A stretch of 64,000 nt of DNA from a virus (lineage: Duplodnaviria; Caudoviricetes), in IMG/VR virus record IMGVR_UViG_3300037484_000296, positions 26,268 to 90,267 of that record; one strand, given 5' to 3'. Made by a program: the position numbers and the translations under genes. Below the pieces are notes generated by a model that did no database searches, was not told where the DNA came from, and saw only the letters and a program-made list of their open reading frames with translations. The stretch's first letter is position 1. The number at the start of each line of letters is the position of its first letter. Positions 57,910 to 64,000 of this stretch are shown here, in pieces.

Positions 57910-58537
57910 AAATGAAAAAATACATCATAACCATTGCGGAATACGCCATGATGGGCGACCGACCCACGGGCCTCGTGGAGTTTATCCACGAAGCAAGTAG
58001 CGCAAGCGTGGCCTATGAAGTCGGTAAGGTCCAAGGGAAGACCATTTTCCCCAAAGGTTGCTCAGTAGAAGCGCGGGAGATTTTCACCGTTTCATGGATC
58101 AAGCTAATTTTCGGCATCGGGAGGTAGCGTGCCAAGATCGGCAACATCCAGCCAGATAGTAATTGCAATGCAGTACGGCATTCCTCAAAAGCTGGCGTAC
58201 ACAATTAACATCAAAAAATATGGGGAGTACTGTAAATATTTAGCGTCCCCAATGGCAAGGCTGGAAGCATGGCTTGATCGGCAATCTGAAAACAAGGGCT
58301 ATGCCGAAGTATAAGGACTGTATGAGGAAGGGGAGCATATGAATAAATGCATAACTTGCACATCCCGAGATGAAACGGGGCACTGTAACAGCGAAAAACT
58401 ACAAGAAGATCATTGCCAGCCCGAGAAAAAAAGGGCAGATATGCTAATTTACAGTGAAGATGAAGATGGATCTTTCTGGGTCGGAGAAAACTTCGGTTGC
58501 GTTCATCATTCTGCAAACAGCGAGAGGGGGGCATAGT

Positions 58538-58855
58538 ATGAGGTTATCACGCAGATCATTTCTGAAAAGAATAATGTTGTTTTTCGGTGGCGCGGTTGCC
58601 GCGATCATGGTGCCAAAAATATCCAGTGCAAAGCCCCCCGTTATAAGCGATGAGAATTTCCAGATTGTCAAATTTGAAAAGTATAAGCCGGACATGCTTC
58701 CCTACATAGACGCAGTAAGAGGCTACGCCGTACATAAAGACGGCAGGGAGAAAGCTTTTAATTTTGCCATTGAAAAAGACTGGACCGCAAAAAAGATTTT
58801 GGAAATTGCAAGAAAAGACTGCCGGTGGGCATTTAGTCTTGACCGTCCGAAATAG
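58538..58855 (+). CDS. Protein with twin-arginine signal
   Basis: MRLSRRSFLK plus hydrophobic stretch. Confidence 0.6.
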   Translation: MRLSRRSFLKRIMLFFGGAVAAIMVPKISSAKPPVISDENFQIVKFEKYKPDMLPYIDAVRGYAVHKDGREKAFNFAIEKDWTAKKILEIARKDCRWAFSLDRPK

Positions 58856-59205
58856 AAAGGAGCCGATATGAAACTATATCACACGACAAAGGATTTAACG
58901 CATCTTCCTCACGGGATTGGGAAGCGCCTGAATGAGGATGGGTTGCCCCAATGCTGGCACATCACCATCCCATATTGGGTTGACCTATTTAAAAAGCCAT
59001 ACATGAGTGAACGTAGTTTTGGGATAGACAAGCGTGGACGCCATGAATATTCCATACATTTTATTTATTGGAGTAAATATCGCCGTTCGCGCTCACATTC
59101 ACACTCAACGTCTGGATATTATTCGCGTTCTGTGCCGATGTTTGAGGTGCAGTTAAAAAAACACCCGATAGGCAAGCAAGAAGACGTTGAATGTTTGGAG
59201 AACTA

Positions 59206-59595
59206 ATGGGTAGCCTAGGAAACCTCAGAAACAAAGTAAAAAAGAATCTGCAAGAACGCATGCAGGTGAAATACAAGCTCTCGCCCGATATGGTCTACAA
59301 ACTATTCAAGGCGAGGGATAAAGCGTTTTTCCGGTGCCTGGACGAACTTGGCGTATCCGATCATGGATTGCGGGATTCAAAAGGAAACATCGACCAATCG
59401 GCGCTACTCAGGAGAATGCAATTGGCCGGAGTCTCAATTAAGAACATTACAGAACACGCCAACCCAAAAGACAACGGGACCGTGTTTTTCAAGAATGGAA
59501 TTCCGATGGTGGCAATCAGCCAGCCGTACATCGAGAAGGGAGATATACACGTTGAGATAGTCAAGCCGTCTGCGCTTATCTCAGGGAGTGCGTAA
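59206..59595 (+). CDS. Hypothetical protein upstream of portal
   Basis: Coupled to the portal start. Confidence 0.6.
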   Translation: MGSLGNLRNKVKKNLQERMQVKYKLSPDMVYKLFKARDKAFFRCLDELGVSDHGLRDSKGNIDQSALLRRMQLAGVSIKNITEHANPKDNGTVFFKNGIPMVAISQPYIEKGDIHVEIVKPSALISGSA

Positions 59596-61791
59596 ATGCA
59601 AAACGAATTCGAACAATCAGCGATGCCATCAGAAGCGGAGCTTATGGCGCCCCAGACGCCTACGAGTTTTAACGTGCGGCAAAGCGAAGTGCCTATGGGA
59701 ACGCCCAGGTCGTTTTCAGAGACAACCTCTGACGTTACTGCTACGGCGACAAGGTCCGCGACCAATACAGCCGCGTCTACACAGGTTATAGGCAGCCTGT
59801 CGGGATATTTACACGGTGAGTGGGCACAGGCAAAACAACATCGCGAGACCTCCGGGGTTGATGCGCAGATTGTTCGAGCAAAAAGAGCGAGGGACCAACA
59901 ATACGAACCTGCCAAACTTGCCGCAATCAAGAATGTTTTTGGGCAGGACTATGATCCTCCTTATGACCCGATTATAGACGTGAAATGCAGGGCATTGGAG
60001 GCTTGGCTGTCCGATATTATCCTGACTCCCGGCGATAGGTCCTGGACCCTCGAACCTACTCCGATACCGGATCTGCCGAAAGAAATTCAAGATACGATGG
60101 GGCAGATGATCGAACAGCGCATAGCCGCCATGGTTTACAATGAAGCGCTTGCGCAAGGAAGAGTCCCCACCGTTGACGAAGTTGAAGAGCGGACCAAAGA
60201 AGTCATGCCTACCATGAGGGTCGTATTCCTTGCCGAAATGAAGCGGAAGGCCAAAGAAGCGGTAGAGAAAATGACGCAGAAAATCGACGATCAATTGACC
60301 GAGGGCGGATGGAGAGAAGCGGTCAAGGCTCTGCTTTATGATTTTGTCACCTATCCGGCCTGTTTTCTGAAGGGTCCGACGCTCAAACGCGACCGCAGAT
60401 TTACCCAGAAATTTAATCAAACCACGAGAAAATATGAAACGGTTATCGAAGAGAGAAAGATTGATACGTGGGCGCGTGTTGCTCCTGACAAAATATACCC
60501 CGAACCCCATAGTTCAGGGATTAACGACGGGTATTTGTTTGAGCTCGCCTCATATAAGCGCAAAGATCTATACAACGCTAAAGACATTGAGGGCTACAAA
60601 GAAGACGCTATCCGAAAAGTTTTGAACGATCACTTGTCGGGCGGGCTTCACGAATGGACGTTGCTCGATACGGAAAAAAGGCAAATAGAAAAGAAGTCCA
60701 CGTTTGAATTCGGGTCAGATATTGATTGTCTGATTTTCTGGGGAACGGCTCCGGGGAGGCTCCTGCTTGAGTGGGGAATGCAGCCGGGATTAATCGACGA
60801 TCCCGACCGGGAATATGATATCTGGGCTGAAATGATCGGCAATGATGTGATCATGGCGAGGCTGAATCCTGATCCGCTCGGGCAGAAACCGTACTATAAG
60901 ACCTCCCTGATCGAAGATCCTGACCGTTTCTGGAATAAGGCCATGCCAGATCTTCTCTGGGATATCGCAAGCCTGTGCAATGCGGTTCTCCGGTCCTGTG
61001 GACGCAATGCTTCGTTTGCCGCGAGCCCTATGGCGGAAATAGCGGTTGACCGGCTGGAAGATCGCAACGATACCGCGCTGTATCAGGAGAGAGTGTTTAA
61101 GTCTACGTCAAAGGCGATGCTGGAATCTCCCGTTGTCAGGTTCTTTCAGCCACAGCTTCATACAGGGCCATTATCGCAATTTCTTGAAGCCTGTCATACT
61201 CTGGCAGACGAATGGAGCGGGGTTCCACGTATTACTCATGGAGGGGACCAGTCTTCCTCGGGAGTAACAAGCACGGCGTCCGGAACATCAATGTTTATTA
61301 CGCAAAGCTCGCGAGGCGTTAAATCATACGCCAAAAATATTGACTTCGGAACCATTCAACCTTCCGTGACCAAGCAGTATCAAACAAACCTCTGGGAGAA
61401 CAAAAACGACGAGTATTCCAGCCCGTATTTGGACGCAAAAGTTATTGCCCGTGGGTCATCCTCGCTCATCGCAAAAGAACAGCAGTCGGTGCGAAGAAAC
61501 GAATTCTCCGCAACCCTTTCACCTGAAGAAAAACAGATCCTCGGGCTTGAAGGAATCAAGGAAGTCTTGCGCGAAAAAATCAAGTCTCTGGAAATGGATA
61601 CGGACAAGCTGCTTCCGGAAGATAGAGACGTGATTGAGAAAATGACAGGACTACAGATACCGGGACAAGCTCAGCCACAATTAGCCGGTCCTGAAAGCGC
61701 AATGCCGGACATGGGCGCGGAAACGCTGGCCCCTTCAGGGGAAAAATCGGGGGGGAGAGAGTATGCGCTGTTTCAGGGAGCGCAGGCGTAG
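59596..61791 (+). CDS. Portal (head-tail connector) protein
   Basis: 731 aa after terL; DFVTYPACFLKGP, RVAPDKIYP, DEWSGVP; podoviral type. Confidence 0.85.
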   Translation: MQNEFEQSAMPSEAELMAPQTPTSFNVRQSEVPMGTPRSFSETTSDVTATATRSATNTAASTQVIGSLSGYLHGEWAQAKQHRETSGVDAQIVRAKRARDQQYEPAKLAAIKNVFGQDYDPPYDPIIDVKCRALEAWLSDIILTPGDRSWTLEPTPIPDLPKEIQDTMGQMIEQRIAAMVYNEALAQGRVPTVDEVEERTKEVMPTMRVVFLAEMKRKAKEAVEKMTQKIDDQLTEGGWREAVKALLYDFVTYPACFLKGPTLKRDRRFTQKFNQTTRKYETVIEERKIDTWARVAPDKIYPEPHSSGINDGYLFELASYKRKDLYNAKDIEGYKEDAIRKVLNDHLSGGLHEWTLLDTEKRQIEKKSTFEFGSDIDCLIFWGTAPGRLLLEWGMQPGLIDDPDREYDIWAEMIGNDVIMARLNPDPLGQKPYYKTSLIEDPDRFWNKAMPDLLWDIASLCNAVLRSCGRNASFAASPMAEIAVDRLEDRNDTALYQERVFKSTSKAMLESPVVRFFQPQLHTGPLSQFLEACHTLADEWSGVPRITHGGDQSSSGVTSTASGTSMFITQSSRGVKSYAKNIDFGTIQPSVTKQYQTNLWENKNDEYSSPYLDAKVIARGSSSLIAKEQQSVRRNEFSATLSPEEKQILGLEGIKEVLREKIKSLEMDTDKLLPEDRDVIEKMTGLQIPGQAQPQLAGPESAMPDMGAETLAPSGEKSGGREYALFQGAQA

Positions 61792-62115
61792 AAAGGATAG
61801 CAATGAGACAAATGCTTAATCGCGACGATGAAGACGCCGTTGTTATTAATATGGTGCAAGAAAAACTTGATTCTATTATTGGCGACGCAAAAGCATATGT
61901 GCGCTGTTTTGTTTTCGAAAAACCAGATTGTTTTCCTCTTACGGTTGAAGCTGGGTATTTAAAGGCCGACGTGGATAGAATAATACCTAAACTAAAAAGA
62001 ATTATGCCTGACCTGAGAGAAGTGCGCGGGACCGCACATGAAAGATCGTTTTGGTGGCGCATAGAAGGGCTGGTTGCAGATTCACGGGAGAGTATAGACG
62101 AAGCGGCAAAAAGAA

Positions 62116-62778
62116 ATGCGTGACTTACTAAGAGAACTAAAACAGCAACCAGAGTTTGCACACTGCACGGGAGGCTGCCCTGGTCCATGGTGCGGAATAT
62201 GGTGCGTTCGGGTTGATGCTACGCAAATATATTGCATAAGGCATGTGATGGCGTTGTTGGCTGACTATGAAATTCAAAGAACCGCACAACCTACGGTCGG
62301 AAGGGAAATAATTATGGACAAGAAAAAAGAATGCGGCACATGTCAGGCTTTTGTTTTGCACGAGGGGTATGGCATAGGAGAAGACAACCAGAACCAGGGA
62401 TCATGTCGCTTACACGCTCCCGTCATGCGCAGTATAGGGTATGGCATGAGTGCGGGCGGGTGGCCGTCAGTAAATTCTGATACAACGGCATGTCTTGAGC
62501 GCGTCGGACAAAAACAAGAAGATGATGGAGAATTCGACGCCCCGGTGCTTGAAAAACTGTTGCCCGAGGACAAATTGCTCCTAGCACAAGTAAACGCAAT
62601 GGTTAAGCAAGAATTAAATGATGAGTTGGAGCAGTATTACAAAGATATTGGAGACCCGAACGGCGGGATGGAGCGGGCAAGATTAAGAATATGCAAGCGC
62701 AATATGATGCGCTCTGACGCCGAAAAACTGCAATATACAATCCAGCGAGCCCTATGGCGGAAATATCAGAAGACGTAA
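62116..62778 (+). CDS. Hypothetical Cys-containing protein
   Basis: Tiling; may be two genes. Confidence 0.45.
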   Translation: MRDLLRELKQQPEFAHCTGGCPGPWCGIWCVRVDATQIYCIRHVMALLADYEIQRTAQPTVGREIIMDKKKECGTCQAFVLHEGYGIGEDNQNQGSCRLHAPVMRSIGYGMSAGGWPSVNSDTTACLERVGQKQEDDGEFDAPVLEKLLPEDKLLLAQVNAMVKQELNDELEQYYKDIGDPNGGMERARLRICKRNMMRSDAEKLQYTIQRALWRKYQKT

Positions 62779-63371
62779 TGGCAGAAAGGATAGCGATGAG
62801 GCACCTGATTGATGCTATAAGGCGGGGAGAATATGACATAGATTTCGAACTACAGAAAGGAAGCACAATGAATTTACACGAACAAGCGCAAACAGGCAAG
62901 CCGGAAATTATTAATCCCGACCCAAAGTTGATCGAGATTGCCGAGAAGGTCATCGAGCAGAATAACCGTATTTTGGCGATGAATGAAAGTCTGCTTCTGA
63001 AATTGACAAGCCCTATTGTTTGGGTGCCGGGAGAAACAGGACAAGTAAAATATGAGGCACCGCAATACTGTGCTCAATGCAATGAAAATACAATTCCGGA
63101 AGCATGTGTTAGAGATATGGCTTATGCTTCGTGCAAGAAAAAGGCAGGAGGGGAGTAGCATAAAAAGAATTGCCAAAGCTCGAATTGACTACAGTGATCT
63201 TGAGCGCATGTTAAGGCTTCCATCAGGAGTCAAGATCGTACAAATTGAACAATCAGCAGAAAATAGGCTACATGATCAAGTTGTATTTTACTTCGAAGGG
63301 GAGTTTTTGCCAGAAGTCGCCAGGAACGCTGACTGTATGGAGTTAACTTTTGAATCTGATGCGAGGATCAT

Positions 63372-63623
63372 ATGATTTCCCCCGATAAAGATGTAATAGC
63401 GTCCCTCTATCGTTTGCGCGGAGACATAAGTTTCCAACGAATCATAAAGTGGATTCAGGATAGCTACGAAGAGCAGAGTTTCAGGAACAACCACGAGCGC
63501 GAAGAGTATATGAGAATCCAAAGACAGGGCCGCAACCTGGAACTGGAAGAATTTCTTGATCATTATAAAAACGCAGAGGCCGATTTCAAGCGGCTACAGG
63601 AACCGAAGAAGGGAATGGTGTAA
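63372..63623 (+). CDS. Conserved podoviral protein downstream of portal (Bbp19-like position)
   Basis: FQRIIKWI..QRQGR..LEEFL pattern. Confidence 0.5.
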   Translation: MISPDKDVIASLYRLRGDISFQRIIKWIQDSYEEQSFRNNHEREEYMRIQRQGRNLELEEFLDHYKNAEADFKRLQEPKKGMV

Positions 63624-64000
63624 AAAATGTTTGGCATAAAACTTTACCGCGAAGCAAAGCACGAGGATATAGCTAGGCCGGGGCTAAGCAAATACCCTGA
63701 TTTTTGGGCTATTGCCATACCATTTTGGATTAACGTTTTTAAGCATCCGCACGATTATCCATTTAGTTTTAATATCAGTCACTACGGCAGAAGGTGGTTT
63801 CAACTCGGCATAGTATTTCGTAATGACGGCAAAAAAATATTTCACAAGCTGGCTCATGAAATTGGTCCGCAGACAGAAATCCCAAAACTGCCCGAAAAGC
63901 CGCTGACGGAAAAACAGAAGCGGGCGCAAGTGGCTAGGGATTTTGAGCTGCTTGGGACGCGATGGGCGCTGTTTGAAATGATTGAGAAGAAATTTGCGGA

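Larger units (their letters stand above)
1..64000. mobile_element. Temperate podovirus-like bacteriophage genome (partial, apparently excised or free form)
   Basis: terS/terL/portal, giant ejection protein, lysis cassette, integrase, Xis, attP, cI/cro, O-like initiator; no host housekeeping genes. Confidence 0.95.

Noticed and set aside
1-64000. Diversity-generating retroelement, retron or IS element
   Set aside because: No reverse transcriptase or transposase motifs found

Overview
The whole window is a temperate, podovirus-like dsDNA phage genome opened inside its structural module. In order it holds: the end of the late operon (a 4005-aa polyvalent ejection protein and the lysis genes); a long leftward early region with two tRNAs, a Thg1-like protein, an intact attP targeting tRNA-Leu(TAA), a tyrosine integrase, Xis and a recombination module; an antirepressor and cI/cro switch; replication and methylase genes; and terS, terL and portal. 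The intact attP indicates an excised or free genome rather than an integrated prophage. Two unusual systems stand out. (1) A 204-aa coiled-coil gene is directly followed by a ~335-nt closed structured RNA containing a circularly permuted, anticodon-less tRNA mimic, with further structured RNAs nearby. (2) A contiguous array of seven integron-type attC sites at 50.5-53.6 kb delimits gene cassettes, one carrying a phage Dam methylase. More attC-bounded cassettes are scattered through the early regions, and there is no integron integrase in the window. All family calls come from motif recognition by eye, without database searches.
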